DNA of 64,000 bases. Source: Guillardia theta CCMP2712. Its lineage: Eukaryota; Protista; Cryptophyta. Where the stretch lies: contig NW_005434631.1 of the NCBI RefSeq assembly GCF_000315625.1, positions 310,001 through 374,000 of the forward strand. The letters run 5' to 3'. The position numbers and the translations under genes are program-made. Position 1 is the stretch's first letter. Each line of letters starts with the position of its first letter. The notes beneath the pieces are model-generated. The model saw only the letters and a program-made list of their open reading frames with translations. It did no database searches and had not been told where the DNA came from. Below, piece after piece: positions 1 to 10,228 of this stretch.

Positions 1-2188
1 GCGATCGAGCTCCTCCTTCACCCTCGAGGGAATCCCCGTCATGCTGAACACGCACAGCATGGCGTTTCTGATGTCTTTGTCCACGAGGTTTCTGCGTCAT
101 CATCACTTCCTCAATGCTCTTCCCCCTGCCTCCCCCGCCACCTCCGCGTCCCCCCCCATCCCCCGCCTCCTCGTACCTCTCCTGTGCTTCAGCAAACAGA
201 CTTTCAGCAAGGCGAATGTCTCGGAGGCGCGCACAGGCGAGGAGCATGGAGCTGTAGAGAGAGGGGTCGAGGCTGTCGCGAGGGGACAAGGTCCGGATCT
301 GCTTCAGGCAGCTCTGAGCCTCCTCTATGTGATCCAACTGAGAGTGGAGGAGGAGGAGAGCTTTGACGGCTGAGACGGGAGGAACTTTCCCCTCCTGCTC
401 GCATCGATCGATCATGTCCCTGGTGATGCCAAGCCTCGTCTTGAGGTCGCGGATCCTGAAGTTGGTGTGTCTCATTCCAACGGCAGTTACAAGTGAGCCT
501 CACCGTTCCAACTCTTGTATCTCTATCACATCTTCACACAGAACGACTGCTGTCGCTCCCTTTGCTCTCTCCTTCTTCTCCTCCTCCAGCCCATCTGCTG
601 TGCTCGCATGCCTTCCACCCAAACCTCGCAGTTCACCATCCTTCGTCCTCTCCTCAACTGAACGGACCACAGGCGGCTGCTGCTCCAGTCCTCGAGACTG
701 CCAGAGGAATCAGGTGCAGCAAGAGGTGAAGGAGGACTAGCAGGAGACCTGCCGGACGAGCGAAGCGTCATCGGCGAGCTCGTTGAGCGTGAGCTTCTCG
801 GAGATCCGAGCGACGAGGGAGGAGAAGAAGGACTTGGAGACTGAGGGCTTCACGCGGGCAAGCACGCGATCAATCTCTGCTATGCTGCTCGATGGGCCCA
901 AAGTCAGACAGGAGGAGGAGAGAGGAGTCCCGGCAGCAAGCACCTGGAAGCGCTCGAAATCATCACGTCGATATGCTTCTCGTTCACAGCTCCCGAGGCG
1001 CACAACCCTTCGAAGAGAGCACATGCTCGAGCTCGATCTGCTCCTCGCAGCCTCTCCAACAAGTTCGGAGGCATCGCATCCTCCCCTCCCTTTCCCCTCA
1101 CTGGGACCGTCGGGGCCTCCACCTTTAGTGGCCCCTCAGTCTCCTGGGTGACTCCCCTGACCTTCTCCTTGGCCCTCGCGCGCTGAGATTCTGCGGCACT
1201 TCATCATCATCCCGCCATGTCCAAGGAAGCAGATAGCTCAGAGGAGACACAGCAAGACTGAGAGAGGCAGGAGGGACACACGCCAGCATCACAGCATGCG
1301 ATTGCGCGAACCAGGAGCAGCGGCAGGAGCAGCGGCAGGAGCAGCGGCAGGAGTAGCAGGAGCAGCAGGAGGAGGCTGCCACTGCACGCCTCCATCAGGG
1401 CGGGAGTAATAGGATCTCTTGCGAGGAGTCTTGGTGACGTGTTGGGCCCATCCTGGAGGTAGGATCGGCTGCATGGCGGTGAGAACCCTCTGCGCTCCAA
1501 ACGGTTCCCACACCTTCTTGTTCTCCTTGCCCGGCACTAGCGCTGGTTTGACTGCAACTTCACCTGCTGGAGCAGCTCCAGGGGGGTAGAGAGGAGACTG
1601 GGGAGGGGGAGGAGTCAAGACTGCCGTCATGCTGAAGATGGTCTCGCACCTCGACAAGTTGTTGGCTGAGAGCTTTAGAAGGTAACTTGAGATCTCTCTC
1701 GTCCTCTGGTTGCCCCGTCACTTGCAAGGATCGCGTCATACCAGGGCCCAGTCACCTTCTTGACAGCTGATCGTCGACCTGCTTCTGTGGGCGGGAAACA
1801 AACTCAGTTCGACGGTGTCTGCATGCCAGCTGGAGATCCGACGATACCTGTCGGCTCGAAAGTCGTCGTCGTTGCTCTTGAAGAGGTCGCGCTTCAGCTT
1901 CGCTCCTACGGACCTGCAGGTGCGCATGAGCAAGAGTACACGCCCGAGTCAGCTCAGAGTTTCCTCCTCTCCCTTCTCATCTCGTCGAACATCTCGTACG
2001 TCGTGAGGTCTGGAACAAAAATGAGCGTCAAGCACAGAGGGAGGAGAGGGTTCTCGGGCGAGCACACAGATAGCAGGTGACGGGGGCTTCTCACCTGGTC
2101 TGCTGCTTGTCAGGCTGCCAACCAACATGCTTGTCTCCATCATCGTCATCAGCAGCACCAACACTAGCCCCGACCTCCATGGTCTCAT
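1..2188 (-). CDS. Multi-exon gene, runs off the left edge: hydrophobic N-terminus, WW domain, degenerate PPR-like repeats
   Basis: WW motif LPPGWAQHVTKTPRKRSYYSRPDGGVQWQPP (1462-1370). Downstream exons give PPR-like ARACALFEGLCASGAVNEKHIDVMISSAS, LDPSLYSSMLLACARLRDIRLAESLFAEAQ and DKDIRNAMLCVFSMTG. A phase-1 GT-AG intron (~1311-1192) can join the WW and PPR parts, but two genes cannot be excluded. Confidence 0.55.
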
Positions 2189-2215
2189 CGATCTCAGGGC
2201 AGCGCAATAAACTGA

Positions 2216-2345
2216 GCCCGCCCAGCCGGACCGCCCCCGGCCCGGCCCGGCCCGGCAATGCCGGGGGCCGGCCGCTGCCCGCCCGGGCTGGCCGCAGCCA
2301 CTGAGGTTGTACCCCGGGCCCGGGGAAGATTCGGGAGGACCGGGA
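2216..2345. promoter_or_regulatory. CCGG/GGCC-dense GC island between divergent genes
   Basis: CCCGGCCCGGCCCGG run and perfect palindrome CCCCGGGCCCGGGG. Similar islands lie in other intergenic regions. Regulatory role is inferred. Confidence 0.45.
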
Positions 2346-2769
2346 TACTGTTACTGAGGGTGTGAAGGGGACCTAAAGCCTTGAAGCGACAAGGTGAAAA
2401 TCTAGAGGCCTCGAACTTGAAGCCGTTTGAAAGTCATCACTCACCGAGTACGTGGTACTGAAAAGTGTAGGTACGTCCGGATACGTACCGGGGTCATGGG
2501 GGCTCGGGGGAGGGGTGGAAGGAAGTCATTATGGGCGGGATGTGATGGCCGTGAGCCAAGAGCCGCGACCTTGCAACCTTTGCAGGAAAAAAGAATTGGT
2601 CTAACAACTGTGCTACTATGCTCTTGTAAAGTGTCCCACCCAGCTTTGTTCTGCTGCCAACCAACGATCGTCTGCGTGACACCCAGGCTGGACAAAGAGA
2701 TCGCAAGCTCCTCGGTTCACTGATCTACTTCATCTCTCTCGCGTCCTCCTATCGTAGCTGCTGATCGCC

Positions 2770-4298
2770 ATGACGACCCTCACAGTGCTAGACCTGCAGA
2801 AGAAGGTGGAATTGCTTACATCGCAACTGCAAACGATGGAGGCAAATTACAATGAAACCAAGACAAGCATAGAAAACAATTCAAGAGATTTAGACATTGC
2901 ATGGCTACTCTTATGCGGTATGGATTATGTTGCTGGCTCTCCTGCAAACTGACTATTGATGCAGGAAGTTTGGTATTCTTTATGCAGGCAGGTTTCGCTA
3001 TGCTCGAAGCCGGTGTCGTGAATTCTCGGAATGTGATTAATATCTTGTACAAGAACATCATGGACGCATCCATTGGATGCGTCTGCTTTTGGCTGGTTGG
3101 GTACGGCTTCGCCTACGGGACTACGGCGGGAGGTTTCATCGGCACTGACAACTTTGCCATATCATCCATCTACAACGGAGCAGGAGAGGGCGGCTCCGAT
3201 GGATGGGAGGGCTTCTTCTTCCAGTTTGCATTTGCTGGCACAGCTGCAACCATCGTGTCTGGATCGGTAGCGGAGAGATTCAAGTTCGAGGCCTACCTGG
3301 TGTACTCCGGAGTTTGCACGGCCTTCATCTACCCGGTCATCGTCCACTGGGTGTGGGGGTCTGGGTTCTTGTCGGCCTGGGGGGCGAGGCCAGACGCCGA
3401 CGGCAACGCGCGTCCTCTGCTGTCAGGAACTTCGACCTCTAATGGGGTGATCGACTTCGCGGGGTCGGGAGTTGTGCACTTGGTCGGCGGCGTGTCGGGC
3501 CTGATGGGTGCGATCCTCGTCGGTCCTCGCAAAGGGCGCTTTGATAGCGACGGGAAGCCGAAAGCGCAACGTCCTCACAACACGACTCTGATGGCGCTGG
3601 GAACCACCATCCTCTGGTTCGGTTGGTATGGCTTCAACTGCGGGTCGACTCTCGCCCTCTCCGGAGGAGCCGCAAACGTCGCTGGCAAAGTCGCTGTCAC
3701 CACAACCATCTCAGCTGCTGCTGGTTGTCTGATGGCCACCATCATCTCGCGCTTCTTGGAGGGGACGTTTGACATCGGGCTGGCGCTGAATGGAATCCTA
3801 GCAGCCCTTGTGGGCATCACTGCCAACTGCTCAGTGGTGAATCCATGGATGGCGTTCCTCATTGGAATCATCAGCGCATGGATCTACTACGGGGCATCGA
3901 AGCTGCTGCTCAAGCTCAGGATTGACGACCCTCTCGACGCTTTCCCCATCCATGGAGCCTGCGGCTTCTGGGGACTTCTCGCTACGGGAATCTTCTGCAC
4001 AGATGCAAATGTGCAGTATGCGGCCTATCCCAACGTCAACGACGCGTGTGGGCGGGGAGAACAGTTTGCTGTCCAGCTCATCGGCGGTCTTGTCATCGTT
4101 GCATGGGCCAGTGTGATGTCAGGCCTCACCTTTCTCGTCATGAAATTCGTTGTGGGGCTGCGTGTGAGCTCTGAGATCGAAGAAGCGGGTCTCGATATCT
4201 CAGAGCATGGAATCGGTGCCTACGCCAACGAGCTGACGAAAGTGTTTCCCTCCCCTGTGAGCGATGAGGTAACAAAGGTGCAAGTGTCCTATGAGTGA
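2770..4298 (+). CDS. AMT1: Ammonium transporter (Amt/Mep family, AMT1-like)
   Basis: Exon 1 MTTL...WLLLCG, intron ~2918-2964, then SLVFFMQAGFAMLEAG, FQFAFAGTAATIVSGSVAER, the DFAGSGVVH signature, WFGWYGFN and DDPLDAFPIHG. Both pore His residues are present. Confidence 0.96.
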
Positions 4299-4744
4299 AG
4301 TGTGCGCCTCATGTAGTAGTTAACGCCAATCAGCTTTGAAATGTCTTAAAAGTGTAACTGATGAAGAAAACAATAAAGAAATTGATATGAAAATGCTTGC
4401 AAACTGTTGTTGTCATTTTTAAAACCTAGCTAGCCCAGCAAGGACATGAATGTTGAAACTAGGTTTAAGTTCTCGATTGACCGGAGCCTCCGACGACTTC
4501 CCGGCGCCGGGCCACAGGGCCAGTGCCGTGACTGAAACCGGGCCAGACAGCTAGAAAGTCTTAGGAAGGAGTCAACGAACTCAACTCTGCGAGCTGGAGA
4601 AGAAAGAGCGAGGGAGGGGAGCGACAAGAACTTTGAGGTAGAGAGAGGGGGAGACAACAGAGAGATGCGATGGTGCCCGCTGGTTGAGACCTTGTTCCTT
4701 GACGGTGCACATCCTTGGTTTCCTATTCGACGGAAAGAGTGCTG

Positions 4745-7504
4745 ATGGTGATGGTAGAAGAGATGATAGTGAAGGAGTTCAAAGTCAATCCCGTCTACCG
4801 CAGATGGTTTACAGTCATGTCAGTGGTGATTGTGATTTCTAACTTGCCTCCCACTGATTCTCAAGCTTGCGGTCGCAAGGCTGGCGATCGGGGTTCTCGC
4901 TGCTCCTGCAGCAGCTCTGCCTCCCTTTGCGCAGCTATTGGCAGGTATGACGGGAAGTGGAAGGCAGACGTGACGCAGAGGAGAGGACTCGTTGCCGGCG
5001 AGAACTTGTTGATAGCAGTTGGTGTGCATGACCAGGGATCGACGTGTGGATCAAACAAGATGCTACTTGAGGCTCAGCTGCGCCAGGACATGCGCATGCT
5101 TGCGATCCAAGACTCTCTTCAGGACCCTGGCCCAACGCCCTCATGCGTACAGTGCGCCTCTTTCACGTGGACGGACACGACCTCAGGAGTCTATCATGCA
5201 CTGATCTTGCTGTACAATGTGGAAGGAGAAGAGAGTTTGCAGCTGGAGTTCGCGTTCGACGACTTCGTTCACGTCGGGAACGCTTCATCATCTGCCTCGT
5301 TGACCATGGAGCATGTGGCGATGGAAGGAGGAAGCGTTCGGATGCACATCAACGTCAGGAGTGAAGTCAGAGATCGATTCTTGCTCACAGTCTTCTTCAC
5401 AGACATGAGCTCTCTTGCGCAATGGACAGGAATGGCCATGATACAAGTGAAGGCAGTAGAGCAGTCTGAGATCATGCGCATCAGGGCACCAGCTGGGAGA
5501 CACTTTCTGGTGCTGGCGACTCTTTGTCAGCTTTCCCTCCATCCTCTCATCGATGATCGGGAGTCGCTGGCTACTGCTTCCTGTGCTCGGGTCTGTTCCT
5601 TGGAGGAGAATGGAAGTGCGATAGACGACGTTGCTCATCACGCTCCGCCCGCAGCATTTCCAGCTCCTCATCCTGAAGACGTCTTGTGCAGCCTTCAGCT
5701 CTACGTGACGCCTCTACAGCCCCGAGCAGGATGGCCTTTCACAATGTCAGCTGTGGCGTTGGGCTTGGTCTCAGGCTGCAGGTACAAGGTTGTCACGTCG
5801 GTTCGGTTACGACAAAACAACAATGCGGCCTTCGAAGAGAGTAAAACAGTCAACGGCTCCAACATGCCAGCTACCCTCAACTTCTCCGTCGCTTCATGCT
5901 GGCCTGGCGACATAGTAGTGAGGGTGATGCTCTACGACGACAGCGCGATGCAGTCACAGGATTCTGTTCTCTCGATCATCTCCAGACATTTTCTCTCCGT
6001 TGCACCTTGTGAGGTTTCCTACGCCTGGTCCTCTTCGAAGCAACCTCTCTTCCTCGGGTCGATGCCCTACGGTCAATCGCCCTTGGCGGGTAATGTTCGC
6101 GTCAGTGAATGTCAGCAGGAGGAGGAGCTTAGCCTGACCCTGGCGACGTTTGCTACTCTCGAGACGGCATCTCAACTTATCAACTCAGCAGCTCAGTGGC
6201 ACCAGGAAATGGCAGTTGCTTTCTATGCTAGAAGCGCATCAGAGCATGCTGACATCTTGGCGCTCGTCCAGCAACAGCTGGGGCCATGGTTCGAGAGAAG
6301 GAACAAGTCGCTTGAGGCGACTGTACTGACGTCCTGCCCTGACCCGAGGAGTAAAGATAAACCCCTCGACTGCCCTACCAACATGCTGCGTAAGATCGCT
6401 TGCTCAATTGCCAAGAGCAACATGGTCTTGAACGCCGACGTGGACATGCTGGCTTCGGACGAGCTCGCTGACCATATAAGGAAAGCTCGCGGGGATGGCT
6501 GGATGGGGAGGGGCGAGCTGTTGGTGATCCCGTCCTTCAGGTCGGCAGGCAGCTGGCCTCGCGCAGTGAAGACTCATTTCGATAGTCATCAACTGACGGT
6601 CAAACCTGCCGCCATCACCATGGAGGACCTCAAGGCTGCGCTGCTACGCTGTGAGCTGCTGCTCCCCCTGCTGGGCTGTGGCATGTGGTCCCCATCGACC
6701 AGATGGTCAGAGAACGCTGTCTTCCACGCCCCCACCGAGTACGGCAGGTGGATGGAGGCAGAGGAGGTATACGAGGTGGACTATCTGCTGGGTTACGAGC
6801 CTTCCTTTGTGGTGGATCGAAGGGCATGGGTAGGAGGTCAAGGAGCAGGTATGTATGACGACCGGTTCGAGCAAGGAGGGTGGGACAAGGCATCAGTCAC
6901 CTTCGAGGCCGCGTACTTGGGCTACACCTTCAAGGTGCTTCCTAAGGGCTTCCTGGTTGGCTCTTCCCCCTCCTCAGCGCGGCAGACGTCGAAGGCTCTG
7001 TCGCTGCCCCTGCCTGCGAGCAAGGATACAGGCTCTGTGGCCGCGGACCCGCACGGGCAGTGGCTGATGGAAAGGATAGTGAACAACGTCTGGACTGACA
7101 CGCAGCGGAAGGTAGCGATCAGGTCGTGTGTGGTGAAGGCCTTCAAGGACACAAACTGCGACGTTGAGCGCCTTCGGCTGGTCCCGAGCGAGGAGATGGA
7201 GCGAGTGGGAGGGGGTCACGAGCTGAAGGTCGAGCTCTTCGGGCTGCCGAGAAGCGTAGGGCTGCTCCTGTCGGTCTACAGGCCGACAAACAAGGTCGAC
7301 AGAGAAGCTCTGGCGTTCCACCTCCTCCTGCCGCAAGATGAGCCGGAGGAGCCTCGCAGAGTCGTTATCACCCTGGGGAAGCTTGCTGCAGGGAGCCAAG
7401 TGCTTCGGATCGAGCTCAGGGACTTGCAAGCTAGCAAGCTGATGCAAAATCATGTTGGCGCGATCCTTGCAGCACAAGAGCACCGGTTTCTCCTCCATGC
7501 CTGA
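4745..7504 (+). CDS. Glycosyltransferase family 49 (LARGE/B4GAT1-like) domain protein with a long unknown N-terminal region
   Basis: Single long ORF with NMLRKIA, DxD motif (ADVD), YEVDYLLGYEPSFVV and YDDRFEQGGWDKASVTFEAAYLGYTFKVLPKGFLV, matching GT49 consensus blocks. Hydrophobic N-terminal segment. Exact start uncertain. Confidence 0.75.
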   Translation: MVMVEEMIVKEFKVNPVYRRWFTVMSVVIVISNLPPTDSQACGRKAGDRGSRCSCSSSASLCAAIGRYDGKWKADVTQRRGLVAGENLLIAVGVHDQGSTCGSNKMLLEAQLRQDMRMLAIQDSLQDPGPTPSCVQCASFTWTDTTSGVYHALILLYNVEGEESLQLEFAFDDFVHVGNASSSASLTMEHVAMEGGSVRMHINVRSEVRDRFLLTVFFTDMSSLAQWTGMAMIQVKAVEQSEIMRIRAPAGRHFLVLATLCQLSLHPLIDDRESLATASCARVCSLEENGSAIDDVAHHAPPAAFPAPHPEDVLCSLQLYVTPLQPRAGWPFTMSAVALGLVSGCRYKVVTSVRLRQNNNAAFEESKTVNGSNMPATLNFSVASCWPGDIVVRVMLYDDSAMQSQDSVLSIISRHFLSVAPCEVSYAWSSSKQPLFLGSMPYGQSPLAGNVRVSECQQEEELSLTLATFATLETASQLINSAAQWHQEMAVAFYARSASEHADILALVQQQLGPWFERRNKSLEATVLTSCPDPRSKDKPLDCPTNMLRKIACSIAKSNMVLNADVDMLASDELADHIRKARGDGWMGRGELLVIPSFRSAGSWPRAVKTHFDSHQLTVKPAAITMEDLKAALLRCELLLPLLGCGMWSPSTRWSENAVFHAPTEYGRWMEAEEVYEVDYLLGYEPSFVVDRRAWVGGQGAGMYDDRFEQGGWDKASVTFEAAYLGYTFKVLPKGFLVGSSPSSARQTSKALSLPLPASKDTGSVAADPHGQWLMERIVNNVWTDTQRKVAIRSCVVKAFKDTNCDVERLRLVPSEEMERVGGGHELKVELFGLPRSVGLLLSVYRPTNKVDREALAFHLLLPQDEPEEPRRVVITLGKLAAGSQVLRIELRDLQASKLMQNHVGAILAAQEHRFLLHA

Positions 7505-7516
7505 CGGTGAGGCCCT

Positions 7517-7517
<1 letters not shown>

Positions 7518-7571
<54 letters not shown>
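7518..7571. repeat. (CTCTCA)n hexanucleotide microsatellite
   Basis: About 9 direct copies just after the GT49 stop codon. Confidence 0.95.
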
Positions 7572-7573
<2 letters not shown>

Positions 7574-9047
7574 ATCATGGCATGACTGACTAACTTGGAC
7601 TCCTCACAGTTCCTGATCGAACTGTCTGTCTCAGTGGCGGCACGACTTCGATCGGACTCGTCAAGCTTGTCACCGTCACTGCACCGTCGTGCGCTTGATT
7701 GACTCAGTGAGTGGAATGCCAAAGTTTGGGGCGGCAGCCGTACTAGTACTTACACTGGCCAATGTAGTCATAACCAGTAACTGATATCAGTCAGTTAGCT
7801 GTCAGTGAAAGCGCAATCGTAACTCTACTGATGCACTGCCGGCTACATTCACTGTTATCATGGCGTACACGTGACGGAGTCCTACCATTGTCCTCGTACT
7901 GATTTTTAACTTAACTTTGAGTAAAGAGAGTGACCGGGTCGTTGACGGATAACGGTTAAGTGCAAGCGCGCCTCAGACACCTCCTCGTGGCAAGAGTCTT
8001 GAAATGCAAGAAGGGTAGCGCAGGATGTACCCCAGGAATCCTGAGAGTACCCCTCCTTTCCCCCCTTGGGCCTATGAATTAGTGACCCCCTACCCCTTGT
8101 CATCGACGCACTACCCTCTGTTTTCCGACCCTAAGATACCGCCCACCCACCTTACACCTGGTAAAAGCACCGGTACTCGTGACTCAGGTTGGCCTCGTCA
8201 ACTCGCAGGTGCCACTTCATAATAAGCAGCAGTTTTCCGACCATGGGGGTGGACAGAATCTTGTTAAAATTTCGATTTTTATCTTATTATTTCAAATTAG
8301 CTCAAACAATTACTGGAAACAATCTTCAAATTTTGAACATGTTGAGTACCTACTAGCAATACGACCACCCCTGTTATCTCCTCGTCCTCGAAGTGTTAGC
8401 AGTGCTAATACAACCCACCCCCTGTATGGAAAGTTTACAAGTAGGGGTAGGATAACCATCAAGGGTGGTGGAAAATGTCAAAAGAGAAAAACATAGGGTA
8501 GGGTACGATTAAGGGTGGGTACACTCAAGACTAGAGCAGGGTTAAAAATAGGTCAAGCAAGGTGAAAATACGGTAGGGTGGTTGCAGGGGTGCTCATAAG
8601 AAGGGTGGGTGTCTTCGAAGGGGGGTGCTGATGATAGAGGGGTAGTTGTCATCTTCAATCTGTGAAACGCACATCAAACATGGGAGAACGCAGGAGAACA
8701 AGAGGCACCAGAGGAGGGAGGGAGAGAGCGATAGATGGAGATGAGGTGAGGGTGAGAGAGGAACGTCTGGGAAGTCATGGAGGAACAGTGATCGGATTGC
8801 GAAGGAGAGAGGGGGGGAGGCAGTTCCTTGTACCATAGAGCAGGAAGGATTGAAGGTAGAAATCCAGAAGCGCTCGTCGTGGGTGTGTTGCACAGAGTTC
8901 AGTGGTAATTGACGTGTTGTAGTCTCTCACATGTTTTCCAATGCAAGATTGAAATCATCATTCATTCACTGAATGATTTTTCCAAACAGATTTCTTGACC
9001 TTGTAAGTGCATTTGAAGCGTGGGAGGATCTGGGGCCGCAAGACTGA

Positions 9048-10106
9048 ATGAGCAACCGGGCAACGATGAAACCTTTCAAAGAGGATGCTCTGAGCGTGCT
9101 TGACCAAGATCCTGGCTCAATACCCCATCACCTGATCAAACACCTCATGGAATTAGATGCCGCCAATCAACAAGGATTGGTCGCAGTCATTGCAAGAAAA
9201 CTGGAACAAGCGATACAATATGTCAGTCTGCGATGATTCATTTCTGTCCATCCTGACGTGCTTTGAAGGGTGACAATATGTCTTCGGGGAACATGCGCAC
9301 TTCACTGCCTTCTTTTGTCGGATCAAAACCTCCCATGACGATCTCGGCTTTCATTCAGAGGTGCTGATTCGGCCTTCCTCACTCACTCCATACCTCCCAC
9401 TTTCCCTCGTTTCTCCTCCCGTATCCTCTCATCGCTGCCAGCAAAAGACTGATATGATTTTCTCGCACTCAGGATCGAGAGGTATAGCTCAGCGAGCCCG
9501 TGCTGCTACGCGATCTCTTTGATCTACTTGGAGCGGCTGAAACGGCGAGCTCCCGACATCTTTCTGAACAGTCACAACTGGCAGCGGTTGATCTTGGTGT
9601 CGATGATGCTGGCAACCAAGACCTTCGACGACAAGTATTACAGCAACAAAGTGTGGGGGAAGATTGGGGGGATCACCACTGCTGAGCTCAACAACCTAGA
9701 GTTAGAATTCTTGAACCTAATGGGATGGAGAATGCAGTTGAATCGAGATGAGTACGAGTGGTATGCGGAGGAACTGAGGGCCGATCCTCTCTTCAACTCT
9801 ACGGCCCCTCTTTCGGACATGTTCGTTGCCTGCTCGATCTCCAGCCCTCATGTCAGGGTGAGGAAGGCAGCTGGAGAGGATGCGCAGCTGTATCAGGAAG
9901 GAAGCAGGTCAGCTCTACAGCAGGAGGAGAACTTCCTTTCTGCTCGTACGACTCCCAGCTCGAGTCTCAACAATCCCAAGCTCAACTCCAACGGCTCAGC
10001 TGTGGGCAAGCACAAGCAAGACATCTTCAAGGGCTCGACTGGCATGACGCGGGGAGAGGCTCGGAGGAAACTCGAAGGTCCAGGGGAAGTCACGCAGAGG
10101 ACGTGA
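9048..10106 (+). CDS. PHO80/CYCU (P-type) cyclin, multi-exon
   Basis: Exons give FVGSKPPMTISAFIQR, IERYSSASPCCYAISLIYLERL, NWQRLILVSMMLATKTFDDKYYSNKVWGKIGGITTAELNNLELEFL. Confidence 0.9.
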
Positions 10107-10228
10107 GAGGCATAGACGGATCAAAGATCCGTCATCTCAGATCTGATGCATCAGATCCGTTATTCTTTGACGCGTTTCCTCCACAGGGGTCTCTTTGTAT
10201 ATAAAAGCTGACAAGGTTTGACCCGCCC

